Counted from the stretch's first letter, positions 1-10,567 are shown. The stretch: 64,000 nt of DNA from Bacilli bacterium (GCA_045597865.1 JAZLKX010000037.1:1-64000), one strand, 5' to 3'. The notes: generated by a model not told the origin, from the letters alone. Numbers and translations are program-made.

Positions 1-1
1 T

Positions 2-790
2 GCTGCAGAAGGAATTCAAAAACGTATCGAAACCTTCGGAGAAGGACCACTTGAATCAAAGTTCTTTTCCGCAGTTATTACAAACGCCCAAAAACAAATT
101 GAAGGTCAAAACTTTGATATTCGTAAAAACTTACTTGATTACGATGATGTTATTTCTAAACAACGTGTTGCTATCTACGAAAAACGTGATGCCATCATGT
201 ATGCAGAAGACATCTCAGACATGATTGAAGAGTTCTTTAGAACTGCTGGTTATTGTATTGCAAGACTTGCACTTCCAAAAGACTCAAACGAAGGTTTAAT
301 TAATGCTCAGCTTCTTAAAGAAGTTGTTGAACCTAAATATTTACCAGCAGGCACATTTAAAGCAGAGCTTTATGATGAAGCTCCATTTGAAGACGCCGGT
401 CAAGATTTAGGTGATTATTTATATGATGTTTATTGCATTCGCCGTAAACAATGGGGTGAAGACATTGCGAAACAAGTTGAACGCGATTTAGCACTTCAAA
501 CAATTGATCAAAACTGGACAAAACAAATTGATACTATGGCAAGACTTCGTGAAGGCATTCACTTAAGAAGTTATGCTAATACAAACCCACTTCAAGACTA
601 TGTTAACGAAGGCCAAGCCTTGTTTAGAGAATGCCTCGAAAACATCTCTTGTGAAGCAGTTTTCAAGTTCCTTAATGTTGTTGTTCAAATTAAGAAACCA
701 GCCGAGAAAACTGAAGAAAAACCCGCAGAATCCCCAGTAAAACCTGAGGAAAAGGACGTTGTTGACGTCGAATCAAAGGATAAGGAATAA
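2..790 (+). CDS. secA: Preprotein translocase subunit SecA, 3' part (runs in from the window edge)
   Basis: Frame is open from position 2 and reads AQKQIEGQNFDIRKNLLDYDDV, later IDQNWTKQIDTMARLREGIHLRSYANTNPLQDY, typical SecA C-terminal motifs; lies directly upstream of prfB. Confidence 0.95.
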   Translation, partial: AAEGIQKRIETFGEGPLESKFFSAVITNAQKQIEGQNFDIRKNLLDYDDVISKQRVAIYEKRDAIMYAEDISDMIEEFFRTAGYCIARLALPKDSNEGLINAQLLKEVVEPKYLPAGTFKAELYDEAPFEDAGQDLGDYLYDVYCIRRKQWGEDIAKQVERDLALQTIDQNWTKQIDTMARLREGIHLRSYANTNPLQDYVNEGQALFRECLENISCEAVFKFLNVVVQIKKPAEKTEEKPAESPVKPEEKDVVDVESKDKE

Positions 791-791
791 G

Positions 792-1908
792 ATGAAAGAG
801 CTCCAAGAATTACGCTTAGAACTAAATGAAGTTACTGAGATGGTAAATAGGCTCGGTGACTCTCTTTGACCTCGCCTTCTTAGATAAAAAAGTTACCGAA
901 TTAGAAGCTAAACAAAACGAAGACGGTTTTTGGGATGACCAAAAATCTGCTTTAAAAGTAATTGATGAGTACAACGACGCAAAAGAAGAGCGCGATACTT
1001 ATTTAAAAATTGATAAAACACATAAAGAAATTCAAGAATTGCTTTTTGCAACCACCGAAACAGATGAAGATATGCTTTCATTATTAGATGAAATGATATC
1101 TGAACTTTCAGTTGATACAAAGAAGTTTAGACAAAAACTCCTTTTTAAAGGAGAATTTGACAAACTTGATTGTACTTTAGAAATTCACGCGGGAGCTGGC
1201 GGCACAGAAGCGCAAGACTGGGCAGACATGCTTTCGCGTATGTATGTTCGCTGGTGTGAAAGACATCACATGAAATTTGCGGTCGCAGACCAACAACCTG
1301 GTGAAGAAGCCGGCATAAAGTCAATTATGTTCAATATTAGCGGCAAAAACGCATACGGATTGCTTAAATCTGAAAAAGGCGTTCATAGACTCGTTAGAAT
1401 TTCACCGTTTGACGCTAATAAACGCCGACATACTAGCTTTGCTAGCGTTAACGTAGTTCCTCTTTTCAATGACGATGTCGATATTTCTATCGACGAAAAG
1501 GATTTAAGAATTGATACATACCGTTCTGGGGGCGCTGGAGGTCAAAATGTTAATAAAGTTGAGACCGCTGTTAGAATTACTCACCTTCCAACAGGCGTAG
1601 TTGTATCTTGCCAAGTCGAAAGATCACAACTTTCAAATAGGGAAATGGCAATGCAAATGTTAAAGAGCCGTTTGTATCAAATGGAAATCGAGAAAAAAGA
1701 GGCTGCACTTAAGAATATTATTGGTGAGCAAAAAGACATTGAGTGGGGTAGTCAAATTCGTTCATATGTTTTCTGTCCATACACTTTAGTTAAAGATAAC
1801 AGAACCGAATATTCAGAAGGTGATGTTGGCATGGTAATGGATGGAGAAATCGATGGTTTCATTTACGCATATCTGGAGGATTTAGCGCGAAAATCCCCGT
1901 TAAAATAG
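792..1908 (+). CDS. prfB: Peptide chain release factor 2, expressed by a programmed +1 frameshift at 864-870
   Basis: ATG 792 gives 25 codons ending CTT TGA C; the +1 frame continues DLAFLDKK and contains the SPF tripeptide and GGQ motif. About 371 aa in total. Confidence 0.97.
855..870 (+). promoter_or_regulatory. RF2 autoregulatory frameshift site (SD-like GGTGA plus CTT-TGA-C)
   Basis: Sequence GGTGAC TCT CTT TGA C matches the known prfB shift site. Confidence 0.93.
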
Positions 1909-1916
1909 GCATATTT

Positions 1917-3893
1917 ATGGAAAATAGAAAGTTTGAACTTGTCTCAAATTACAAGCCTACTGGTGACCAACCGCAAGCCATTAAAGAATTAGTTAAGGGT
2001 ATTGAGGAAGGTAAGAAAATCCAGGTTCTTTTGGGTGCAACCGGAACCGGAAAAACTTTCACAGTTGGAAACATAATTCAAGCTGTTCAAAAACCAACTC
2101 TTGTTTTAGTCCATAACAAAACATTGGCTGCACAACTTTATGCAGAATTTAAAGAGTTGTTTCCAAACAATAGAGTTGAGTATTTCGTTTCAAACTTCGA
2201 CTTTTACCAACCTGAAGCTTATTTACCTAAATCAGATACCTATATTGACAAGAACGCAGTCATGAATGAAGAGATAGAAATGTTGCGTACTTCTGCTATC
2301 AATTCTGTACTCGAAAGAAGAGACACAATTGTTGTTGGATCGGTTGCTTCAATTTATGGTTTAACTGACCCTGATGAATACCGTAATTTAGCATTTGATA
2401 TTCGTGTTGGAGAAACTATTGATAGAAAGGCGTTTTTTAACCGTTTAGTTGATGCTCAATATCAACGTAATAACTTAGATTTAAAACCAGGATATTTTAG
2501 AGTTCGCGGAGACATCATTGAGATATGCCCACCAGTCTCTGAAAACCAAGTAATTCGTGTTGACACATTTGGTGATGAAATCGAAAGTATCAACTTAGTT
2601 GATATGTTAACAGGAGAAGTAAAAAAATCATTCAAAACTTATCCTATTTTTCCAGCCTATGATCATGCATCAACTCGCGCTAGAATTGCTGATGCAGTTA
2701 AGACAATTTCTGTTGAATTAGAAGAGCGTCTAAAATGGTTTAAAGATAACGGAAAATTATTAGAGGCAGAACGCCTTGAAATGAGAACAAAACAAGACAT
2801 GGAAAGCATGCTTGAATTCGGCATGTGTCCAGGCATCGAAAATTACTCTCGTCATATCGATAAAAGAGCCCCCGGTCAAAAGCCATTTTCACTCATTGAT
2901 TATTTCCCAAAAGACTTCCTTATGATTATCGATGAATCACACGTATCATTACCTCAAGTTAGAGGAATGTACAACGGTGATAGATCAAGAAAAGAAACAC
3001 TTGTTGAATATGGATTTAGACTTCCGTCAGCATTAGATAATAGACCACTTAACTTTGAAGAATTTGAATCTTTGATGCCACAAGTCATTTGTACATCTGC
3101 AACCCCAGGTGATTATGAGATGGAAAAATGTGGCGGAAAAGTAGTTGAACAAATCATTCGTCCAACAGGACTTTTAGACCCTGAAATTGAGGTCAGAAAA
3201 ACACTAGGACAAATCGATGATTTAATCTACGAAATTAAGGAGAGAATCAAGCGCGGAGAACGCACCATGGTTGTCACCTTAACAATTAAAATGGCCGAGG
3301 ATTTGACGGAGTTTTTGAAGGAAAAAGGCATAAAAGTCGCATATTTGCACAATGAAACCAAGACCCTTGAACGTACCGAAATTATCTATCAATTACGTAA
3401 AGGAAAATATGATGTTTTGGTAGGTATTAATTTACTTCGTGAAGGACTAGATATTCCAGAGGTTTCTTTAATTACAATTTTGGATGCTGATAAAGAAGGA
3501 TTTTTGCGTTCTACCAGGTCTCTTATTCAAGTTATTGGCCGCGCTGCACGTAATAAAAACGGAAAAGTTATTATGTATGCAGACCATATGACCGATTCAA
3601 TGAGTGAAGCCATTGCTGAAACAAATCGTAGAAGAAGTATTCAAAAGGCATATAACGACGAAAACGGAATTATTCCTACAACAATTATTAAAGAAATTAG
3701 ATCTCCTTTAGGAAATGTTGAAAATTCATCTGAAATTGCTTCAAAAATTAACAAACATTCAACACGTAGTGAGATTGAAAGAGAAATTAAACGTCTTGAA
3801 TCAGATATGCGTGCTGCCGCCAAAGCGTACGACTTTGAACGAGCTGCAGAAATTAGAGATATTATCTTCGAACTTAGAGCATCTCTTGCATAA
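1917..3893 (+). CDS. uvrB: Excinuclease ABC subunit B
   Basis: [33 protein letters not shown] and a C-terminal UVR motif (FERAAEIRD). Confidence 0.98.
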   Translation: MENRKFELVSNYKPTGDQPQAIKELVKGIEEGKKIQVLLGATGTGKTFTVGNIIQAVQKPTLVLVHNKTLAAQLYAEFKELFPNNRVEYFVSNFDFYQPEAYLPKSDTYIDKNAVMNEEIEMLRTSAINSVLERRDTIVVGSVASIYGLTDPDEYRNLAFDIRVGETIDRKAFFNRLVDAQYQRNNLDLKPGYFRVRGDIIEICPPVSENQVIRVDTFGDEIESINLVDMLTGEVKKSFKTYPIFPAYDHASTRARIADAVKTISVELEERLKWFKDNGKLLEAERLEMRTKQDMESMLEFGMCPGIENYSRHIDKRAPGQKPFSLIDYFPKDFLMIIDESHVSLPQVRGMYNGDRSRKETLVEYGFRLPSALDNRPLNFEEFESLMPQVICTSATPGDYEMEKCGGKVVEQIIRPTGLLDPEIEVRKTLGQIDDLIYEIKERIKRGERTMVVTLTIKMAEDLTEFLKEKGIKVAYLHNETKTLERTEIIYQLRKGKYDVLVGINLLREGLDIPEVSLITILDADKEGFLRSTRSLIQVIGRAARNKNGKVIMYADHMTDSMSEAIAETNRRRSIQKAYNDENGIIPTTIIKEIRSPLGNVENSSEIASKINKHSTRSEIEREIKRLESDMRAAAKAYDFERAAEIRDIIFELRASLA

Positions 3894-3898
3894 AGCGT

Positions 3899-3927
3899 TT
3901 GCTTTATATATTTAGTTGTGGTAAATT
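3899..3927 (+). promoter_or_regulatory. Putative sigma-A promoter of secG
   Basis: TTGCTT, 17 nt, then TG-n-TAAATT; GAGGAGG SD downstream. Confidence 0.55.
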
Positions 3928-3954
3928 ATTTGAGCGCTTAGAGGAGGAAAAATT

Positions 3955-4185
3955 ATGGGAGCACTTGACATTATCTTCTTAATTGTTGGTCTTATTATCA
4001 TTATTTTATCCTTGCTTCAAGGCGGAAAATCTGAAGGTGCTTCTGGTGCTATTACCGGTGGCGGAATGAACGTCTTTGTTAAAACAAAGGAAAGAGGTTC
4101 TGAAAAGATTATTACAATCTTAACCTTCATATTTGTCATCTTATTTATGTTCCTAGCACTGCTAGTCAGCATCTTAGGTAAATAA
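3955..4185 (+). CDS. secG: Preprotein translocase subunit SecG
   Basis: 76 aa, two TM helices, LLQGGKSEGASGAITGG and KERGSEK motifs; strong SD. Confidence 0.93.
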   Translation: MGALDIIFLIVGLIIIILSLLQGGKSEGASGAITGGGMNVFVKTKERGSEKIITILTFIFVILFMFLALLVSILGK

Positions 4186-4192
4186 GAAATAG

Positions 4193-4223
4193 AAAATGCC
4201 TGGCTGACAGGCATTTTTCTTTT
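4193..4223 (+). terminator. Rho-independent terminator after secG
   Basis: AAAATGCCTG-gctga-CAGGCATTTT followed by a T-rich tract. Confidence 0.8.
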
Positions 4224-4239
4224 CTAAAAAGGAGTAGTT

Positions 4240-5466
4240 ATGAAAAAATCAGTATTGAAAAAGTACGCTTATCTTATTGCAAAAGTAGGCGCAAATGTTC
4301 AAAAAGGACAATACGTTGAATTAACTGTCGATGTTAATCAAGAAGTTTTAGCAGATTATATTGTTGAAGCTTGTTATAAATTAGGCGCTAGAATGGTAAA
4401 AGTTCGTTGGACTTCCGATAAAGTAGAAAAAACAACTTACAAAAAGGCCAAATTAGATGCACTTTGCGAATTCCCAGAATACGAAAAAGCAAGACAAGTT
4501 TATCTTAATGAAAAACTTCCATGCATGATCTATATTGAATCATCTGATCCAGATGCATTAAATGGTGTTGATGTTGCTAAATATACAGAAGTTAGACGTA
4601 GTAACATGAAAATCATCAAACCATATAGAAACTTAAGAGAAAATAAATATCAATGGATTATTGCTGGTGCAGCATCACCTGCTTGGGCAAAGAAAGTTTT
4701 CCCAGGAGTTCCAACCAAGAAAGCAGTAAATATGCTTTGGGACGCAATTCTAAAAACATCACGTTGTGATGATGATCCAATTAAAGCTTGGGACGAACAC
4801 AATAAAGACCTTAAAAAGAGATTCGAATATCTCAATAGCCTTAATTTAGATTATCTCCACTATGAGTCAAAAAATGGCACAAACTTCAAAGTTTGGATGA
4901 ACCCACTTTGCAACTGGCTCGGTGGTGGTGAAACAGGACAAGATTCCGGCATCTATTACAACCCAAATATTCCATCAGAAGAAGTTTTTACTTCTCCACT
5001 TGCAGGAAAGGCAGAAGGTATTGTTTTCTCAACAAAACCACTTTCATTCCAAGGTCAATTAATTGAGAATTTCTCAATTAGATTCGAAAATGGTAAGGTT
5101 GTTGAAGTTCATGCTGAAAAGGGACAAAAGTCACTTGAAGAAATGGTTCACATGGATGAAGGTGCAAGCATGTTGGGTGAATGTGCACTCGTTCCATTTG
5201 AGTCACCAATCAACGAAACAGGATTACTTTTCTATAACACACTTTATGATGAAAACGCAGTCTGTCACTTAGCATTAGGACACGGATTTACAAATCTCAT
5301 TAAAGGTTATGAAAAATACACTCAAGAAGAACTCTTCAAAATGGGTGTTAACGATTCAAATTTACACGTTGACTTTATGATTGGTTCAAGAGATCTTAAT
5401 ATTACCGGTTATACCAAAGACGGCAAGAAAGTTGCCATCTTCAAAAACGGTACTTGGGCCTTCTAA
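4240..5466 (+). CDS. Aminopeptidase, M29 family (AmpS/PepS-like)
   Basis: PNIPSEEVFTSP, LGECALV, NTLYDENAVCHLALG and NDSNLHVDFMIG motifs. Confidence 0.93.
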   Translation: MKKSVLKKYAYLIAKVGANVQKGQYVELTVDVNQEVLADYIVEACYKLGARMVKVRWTSDKVEKTTYKKAKLDALCEFPEYEKARQVYLNEKLPCMIYIESSDPDALNGVDVAKYTEVRRSNMKIIKPYRNLRENKYQWIIAGAASPAWAKKVFPGVPTKKAVNMLWDAILKTSRCDDDPIKAWDEHNKDLKKRFEYLNSLNLDYLHYESKNGTNFKVWMNPLCNWLGGGETGQDSGIYYNPNIPSEEVFTSPLAGKAEGIVFSTKPLSFQGQLIENFSIRFENGKVVEVHAEKGQKSLEEMVHMDEGASMLGECALVPFESPINETGLLFYNTLYDENAVCHLALGHGFTNLIKGYEKYTQEELFKMGVNDSNLHVDFMIGSRDLNITGYTKDGKKVAIFKNGTWAF

Positions 5467-5485
5467 TCAAAAATAAAAAAACACG

Positions 5486-5514
5486 AAAAAACCCGGGATT
5501 TCCCGGGCTTTTTT
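5486..5514. terminator. Bidirectional terminator between convergent genes
   Basis: A-tract, CCCGGG-attt-CCCGGG, T-tract. Confidence 0.85.
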
Positions 5515-5515
5515 G

Positions 5516-5833
5516 TTAAAATTCAAAGTTTTCTTCAATGTCTACAATCTGTGAGAAATTAAGTTTTCCAGAGTCAAATATTAGTTTTCTATTCTCAATA
5601 TCAATACGCTTAATTTCTTTATTAATGATGTAGAAGTAACCATCATAATAGAACTTAATTTTGATTGGTCCTCCACGATAGTTTGACAAGGCATTATTTA
5701 TCTTCTCAATTTGATCTTGAGTTTGAATGGGTTTATCAACTTTATTTCTTTTATATCTCATTTCAGCTAAACATGTAGCTTGTTCTATTAAAGAAGAATA
5801 TGGAGCCCATTTTTTCATTCCGCGATCGCTCAT
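5516..5833 (-). CDS. YolD-like protein
   Basis: N-terminal DRGMKKWAPY motif typical of the YolD family; ATGA overlap with the Y-family polymerase gene. Confidence 0.85.
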   Translation of the reverse strand: MSDRGMKKWAPYSSLIEQATCLAEMRYKRNKVDKPIQTQDQIEKINNALSNYRGGPIKIKFYYDGYFYIINKEIKRIDIENRKLIFDSGKLNFSQIVDIEENFEF

Positions 5834-7077
5834 TTATGGTGCCCTCCAATCTGATTGTGTCTTTCTTTAGCAGTAGATTCTTCTAAAAGCGAAGAAGTTC
5901 TCAAGATTATATCTTTTCCGTATTTTCTTTTTAAAGAATCTATGGCTTTTGTCATATCTCTTTTTGTATCCGCTTGTTTATCTGTTTCGAACAAGTTAAC
6001 CTGCTCATATCCCGCAGGAGAAAGTTGTGAATAAGTAATGTAAAGACGTCTAATTTTTGCATTTTTGGCGCAGTATTTATCAAATAATTTGATAATATCA
6101 TCAAAGAGTTTATCTGTATCATCGATTGGGTAATCTAGCGTTGTTTGATGAGAAAAGCCTCCGCCCTCAGTTACTGAATAACCGCAAGCAACACCAACGC
6201 GTTTTGTCATTTTGTTATGCTCTCTAAGTCTCATTGACAAGTCATCATTCATTTCTTTAAGAATTAAACGTGCCTGGTCTGGAGTGTAATCTTTCCAAAG
6301 AACTTGTCCAAGCGAAAAAGAAGTGTCTTGAGGAATGTATTTATCTCTCAAATTAGTATTATCAATGCCATTAGCATGTTCCCAAAGTTGTTCGCCCATA
6401 ATTCCAAATTTTGCTTTCAGCAAATTTTTGTCAGTATTTGCGAGTTGGCCAACAGTTTCAATACCCATAGCATTAAGTTTAGTTTCATAACCAAATGAAA
6501 TTCCCCACATTTTTGTAAGAGGAGTTATTTTCCACAACTTTTCCTTTATATCTTTCTTTGTCCAATGTGCAATAAAAGGAGCACGTTTTTTGGCGTCGGT
6601 GTCTAATGCCACTTTTGCTAATAGCATATTGTATGAAATTCCTGCAGTTGTAATTAATCCAGTCTTTTCAGTAATTGCTTTTTGCAATTTTCTTACTAAT
6701 TGATATGGAGTGCAGTCATAAGTTTTTAAATAAGGAGTAAGATTAACAAAAAATTCATCTATTGAGTAAATATGTATATCATCTTCCGCAATATAATCTA
6801 AAACAATTGAAATAATTTCAGCAGATTTTTTGACATAAAGTTCCATTCTTGGTTGCGCTAAAATAAGGCCATCAATTTTTGGCAAATCTCTTCTTCTACA
6901 ACGCGATGGAACGCCATGTTCCTTTAGGAAAGGCGAGACTGACAAAACAATTGTGCCGTCTCCTCGAGTAGGATCGCAGACGACAAGCGGGGTTGTAAAA
7001 GGATTTAAATTTCTTTCTACGCATTCAACAAATGCATAGAAGGCCTTCATATCAATAACTGCGATGTTCCTATCCAT
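5830..7077 (-). CDS. Y-family error-prone DNA polymerase (UvrX/UmuC-like)
   Basis: IDMKAFYA and YSIDE catalytic motifs, LWEHANGID, C-terminal IGGH. ATG 7077 is preferred over the track's 7104 start. Confidence 0.92.
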   Translation of the reverse strand: MDRNIAVIDMKAFYAFVECVERNLNPFTTPLVVCDPTRGDGTIVLSVSPFLKEHGVPSRCRRRDLPKIDGLILAQPRMELYVKKSAEIISIVLDYIAEDDIHIYSIDEFFVNLTPYLKTYDCTPYQLVRKLQKAITEKTGLITTAGISYNMLLAKVALDTDAKKRAPFIAHWTKKDIKEKLWKITPLTKMWGISFGYETKLNAMGIETVGQLANTDKNLLKAKFGIMGEQLWEHANGIDNTNLRDKYIPQDTSFSLGQVLWKDYTPDQARLILKEMNDDLSMRLREHNKMTKRVGVACGYSVTEGGGFSHQTTLDYPIDDTDKLFDDIIKLFDKYCAKNAKIRRLYITYSQLSPAGYEQVNLFETDKQADTKRDMTKAIDSLKRKYGKDIILRTSSLLEESTAKERHNQIGGHHK

Positions 7078-7202
7078 ACCAAATATTCTACTCGAAACAC
7101 GCAAATTTATTAACTTAATTTATTAGATTTTGATTTTTTGTGAATTAATTCTCAAAAATCATCTAAAAATAATGTATAATAATTGCCGTTGAGGTAAAAC
7201 TT

Positions 7203-8420
7203 ATGGAAATTGCGATTATTATTTTGTTAGGAATTATTCTTGTTTTGGGCATTGTTTTGCTTGTGCTTTTATTGAAGAAAAAATCAGGTTCAGCTGTCTC
7301 TTCTGGAGATATGTCTGACATCAAGGCAAGCGTTAATAACGTCGACAAACTTGTTGAGAAAACTGTTGAGAAAGTTATGGCTGAATCAATGGTTAAATTA
7401 ACCAAGGAATTTGGGGAAAATACGCAAAAATCCTCGCAAAATCTCAATCATTTTCAATCTGAGATGACTGAATACCTCACTAAAAGAATCGAAGCTTTAA
7501 ACAAACAATTAGATGAAAAAATTGCTACTTTAGACAAGAAGGTTGATGACAAATTAAAAGAAGGATTTAAAGGCACTTCCGAATCAATGGCTCAAGTTAG
7601 AGAAAGACTTCAAGCAATCAATGAAGCTCAAAAGCAAATGGAAGGACTCGGAAAAGAAGTTGTTTCACTTAAAGGAATCCTTGAAGGCAACCAAACCCGT
7701 GGTCAATATGGTGAATATCAATTAAGAATGGTTCTCAACAACGTTTTTGGTGACACAATCGGATGTTATGAAGAACAATACACCATGAAGAAAGTCAAAG
7801 ACGGCGACGATGTAAGAGCGGATGCAGTTGTCTTTATGCCAGAACCAAATAAGATGATCGCAATCGACTCAAAATTCCCATTCCAAGATTACAAACGTTT
7901 GTTTGATGCAGAAACTCCTGAAGAAAAAGAAGCACTGAAAAAGGATTTTGCTGCAGCAGTTAAGCATCATATTACAGTTATCAAAGATAAATACATTGTC
8001 GAAGGAAAAACAGCTCCTGAAGCACTAATGTTTATTCCTAACGATGGTGTTTTTGCATTTATTCATCACGACTTACAAGAAGTCGTTGATTATGCACGCG
8101 AGAAGAAGGTTATTTTAACCTCTCCTTCAACACTTCCACCAATTCTTGTTACCATTAATATGGTAAGAATTGATGCAGAGCGTGCAAAAAATGCCAAAGA
8201 AATTTCAAAACAACTTGCTATGCTCGGAAAACAATTTGAAATGTTTGGAAGAGAGTGGGATTCGCTTTCTACGCAACTTGAAAGAGCTTCTAAAGCAAAA
8301 GAAAAACTCGATTCAAGAGTTACAAAAATCAATTCCAAATTCGGTTCTATTGCTGGATCTGAAATTCAAGAAATTGAGGGTGAAGAAACACCAGAATTAT
8401 TACCGGAGGATATTGAATAG
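7203..8420 (+). CDS. rmuC: DNA recombination protein RmuC
   Basis: N-terminal TM helix, coiled coil, RGQYGEYQL, IDSKFP, ALMFIPNDG and SPSTL motifs. Confidence 0.93.
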   Translation: MEIAIIILLGIILVLGIVLLVLLLKKKSGSAVSSGDMSDIKASVNNVDKLVEKTVEKVMAESMVKLTKEFGENTQKSSQNLNHFQSEMTEYLTKRIEALNKQLDEKIATLDKKVDDKLKEGFKGTSESMAQVRERLQAINEAQKQMEGLGKEVVSLKGILEGNQTRGQYGEYQLRMVLNNVFGDTIGCYEEQYTMKKVKDGDDVRADAVVFMPEPNKMIAIDSKFPFQDYKRLFDAETPEEKEALKKDFAAAVKHHITVIKDKYIVEGKTAPEALMFIPNDGVFAFIHHDLQEVVDYAREKKVILTSPSTLPPILVTINMVRIDAERAKNAKEISKQLAMLGKQFEMFGREWDSLSTQLERASKAKEKLDSRVTKINSKFGSIAGSEIQEIEGEETPELLPEDIE

Positions 8421-8438
8421 CCAGCTTTGCTGGTTAAT

Positions 8439-8514
8439 GGGCCTGTAGCTCAGTTGGGAGAGCGTCTCGTTCGCAACGAGAAGGTCACCGGTTCGATCCC
8501 GGCCAGGTCCACCA
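8439..8514 (+). tRNA. tRNA-Ala(CGC)
   Basis: 76-nt cloverleaf: acceptor stem GGGCCTG/CAGGTCC with the G3:U70 Ala determinant, anticodon loop TT-CGC-AA, T-loop TTCGATC, discriminator A and encoded CCA. Confidence 0.96.
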
Positions 8515-8520
8515 TTTAAA

Positions 8521-9423
8521 ATGAATTATCTACTTTTTGCTGGTCTAGCATTGCTAGCCAGTGCTGCAAACACAATATTTAATAGAATTTCAGCCAATAG
8601 AATTGGTACGCTGGTTTCAGCTGTCTTGAAAGCATTTTTTATAGTGCTTTGTATTTTTGTTGTGTGTGCAATCTTGGGACATGTTCCTCAACTCTATTCA
8701 TTAAATAATGAACAATGGCTTTGGATGGGCGTTTTAGGACTTGTAACTGTAGCCGATTGGATTTTCTACTTCCTCTCTATAAAGAGAGCGCATTTGGAAG
8801 CTTTTGCCCCATTTGAGGCAGCATCTGTCTTGTTCCTATCCAATTTATTGTTCTCAATTTTTATGTTTAGCGCCATTACTAAAGATGGAACCCCTTTAAA
8901 CACAATTTTGTTTTTCCTTGGTTTAGCTGCTTTGGTTGGTGCAATGTTGTTTGCAGTTTTAAATAAAAAGATTAATCCTTCAACCAAGAAGATGTGGGTT
9001 TTGTATGCCTTTATGTCTGCTCTTGCAATGGGATTTACTTTAGTAATTACCAAAACGAAGCTTCAAGGAATTGAACCTGATGTAATTGCATTCCACCAAA
9101 TGCTTATTGTCTTTGTTGTCTGCACAATAATTATGTTTGTTTCAAAAGCATATAAAGAACTTAAGGCAGTTAAAGTAAAAGATTATGCAAAATTCTTTGT
9201 TGCAGCAATCTTTAATGCTTTGCTTATCTTTTTAAGATATAAAGCCCTTCTTTGCGAAGGATCTAACCCAGCAATTGTTAACTGTGTTATTTCGTTCGAC
9301 TTTGTATTGGTTTCCTTAGCCACTGTCTTATTCTTTAAGGCAAACAACAAGAAGGAATTAATACTATTAATTTTAATGGTAACAATTGGTATGGTTCTTA
9401 ATGTCGTTTCGGGAATGGTATAG
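8521..9423 (+). CDS. EamA/DMT family transporter
   Basis: 300 aa, about 10 hydrophobic helices in two repeated halves. Confidence 0.75.
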   Translation: MNYLLFAGLALLASAANTIFNRISANRIGTLVSAVLKAFFIVLCIFVVCAILGHVPQLYSLNNEQWLWMGVLGLVTVADWIFYFLSIKRAHLEAFAPFEAASVLFLSNLLFSIFMFSAITKDGTPLNTILFFLGLAALVGAMLFAVLNKKINPSTKKMWVLYAFMSALAMGFTLVITKTKLQGIEPDVIAFHQMLIVFVVCTIIMFVSKAYKELKAVKVKDYAKFFVAAIFNALLIFLRYKALLCEGSNPAIVNCVISFDFVLVSLATVLFFKANNKKELILLILMVTIGMVLNVVSGMV

Positions 9424-9540
9424 CAAGCTTAAAACAAAATAAATAAGTTGTAAAACTCGATAAAAAATAAAAATTAGTTTATAAATCAACAAGTTTGATT
9501 TACAATAAAAACACTTTGAAAAAGAAAGAAGGAAAACATT

Positions 9541-10512
9541 ATGCCATTAGTTAATACTAAAGAAATGTTCGAAAAAGCATACAAAGGCGGATATGCTATT
9601 GGTGCTTTTAACTGCAATAACATGGAAATTGTCCAAGCTATTACAGAAGCTGCAAAAGAATGTAATTCTCCAGTTATTCTTCAAGTTTCAGCAGGTGCAA
9701 GAAAATATGCAAAACCTGTTTACTTAAAGAAAATGGTTGAAGCAGCTGTTGAAGACACAGGTCTTCCAATTGTCTTACACTTAGACCACGGTGCAGACTT
9801 TGAAATGTGTAAAGATTGTATCGACGGAGGTTTTACCTCAGTCATGATTGATGCATCAAGCAAACCATTTGAAGAAAATATTGCTATTACACGTAAAGTC
9901 GTCGAATATGCCCACGCTCATAAACCATACGTTACAGTCGAAGCTGAACTTGGTACATTAGCAGGCATCGAAGATGACGTCAAAGTTGAACATGGTAATG
10001 AATCATATACCAAACCAGAAGACGTCGAAGAATTCGTTCGTAGAACTGGTTGTGATAGCTTAGCTATTGCTATCGGTACTTCACACGGTGCTTATAAGTT
10101 CAAACCAGAACAATGCACACGTGATGAAAACGGCGTTCTTTGCCCACCTCCACTAAGATTTGATATTCTTGAAGAAGTCTCAAAGAGACTCCCAGGATTC
10201 CCAATTGTCCTTCACGGTTCAAGTTCTGTTAACCAAGAATACGTCAAGATTATCAATGATAATGGCGGCGCACTTAAGGATGCAGTCGGTGTTCCAGAAG
10301 CACAATTAAGACAAGCAGCAAAATTAGCAGTTTGTAAAATCAATATCGACTCCGACCTAAGACTTGCTATGACAGCAGGTATCAGAGAGCACTTTATGGC
10401 ATCACCAGATCATTTCGATCCACGTCAATATGTTGGTGATGGTCGTAAGTATGTCAAAGAAGTTGTCAAACACAAAATCATGACAGTTCTTGGCTCAAAC
10501 GACAAGATTTAA
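9541..10512 (+). CDS. fba: Class II fructose-1,6-bisphosphate aldolase
   Basis: YAIGAFN, LHLDHG, VEAELG, AIGTSHGAYK, VLHGSS and KINIDSD motifs. Confidence 0.95.
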   Translation: MPLVNTKEMFEKAYKGGYAIGAFNCNNMEIVQAITEAAKECNSPVILQVSAGARKYAKPVYLKKMVEAAVEDTGLPIVLHLDHGADFEMCKDCIDGGFTSVMIDASSKPFEENIAITRKVVEYAHAHKPYVTVEAELGTLAGIEDDVKVEHGNESYTKPEDVEEFVRRTGCDSLAIAIGTSHGAYKFKPEQCTRDENGVLCPPPLRFDILEEVSKRLPGFPIVLHGSSSVNQEYVKIINDNGGALKDAVGVPEAQLRQAAKLAVCKINIDSDLRLAMTAGIREHFMASPDHFDPRQYVGDGRKYVKEVVKHKIMTVLGSNDKI

Positions 10513-10529
10513 TTAATTTATTAATTAAG

Positions 10530-10558
10530 AAGCGCGATTAAATCGCGCTTTTTTCTTT
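10530..10558 (+). terminator. Terminator after fba
   Basis: AAGCGCGAT-taa-ATCGCGCTT plus T-tract. Confidence 0.85.
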
Positions 10559-10567
10559 AGTTTTATA

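Noticed and set aside
856-870. ORF-track start of RF2 at GTG 856
   Set aside because: Explained by the programmed frameshift from the ATG 792 frame.
8439-8514. tRNA as an integration site for an island
   Set aside because: No integrase and no duplicated tRNA 3' end noticed in the window.
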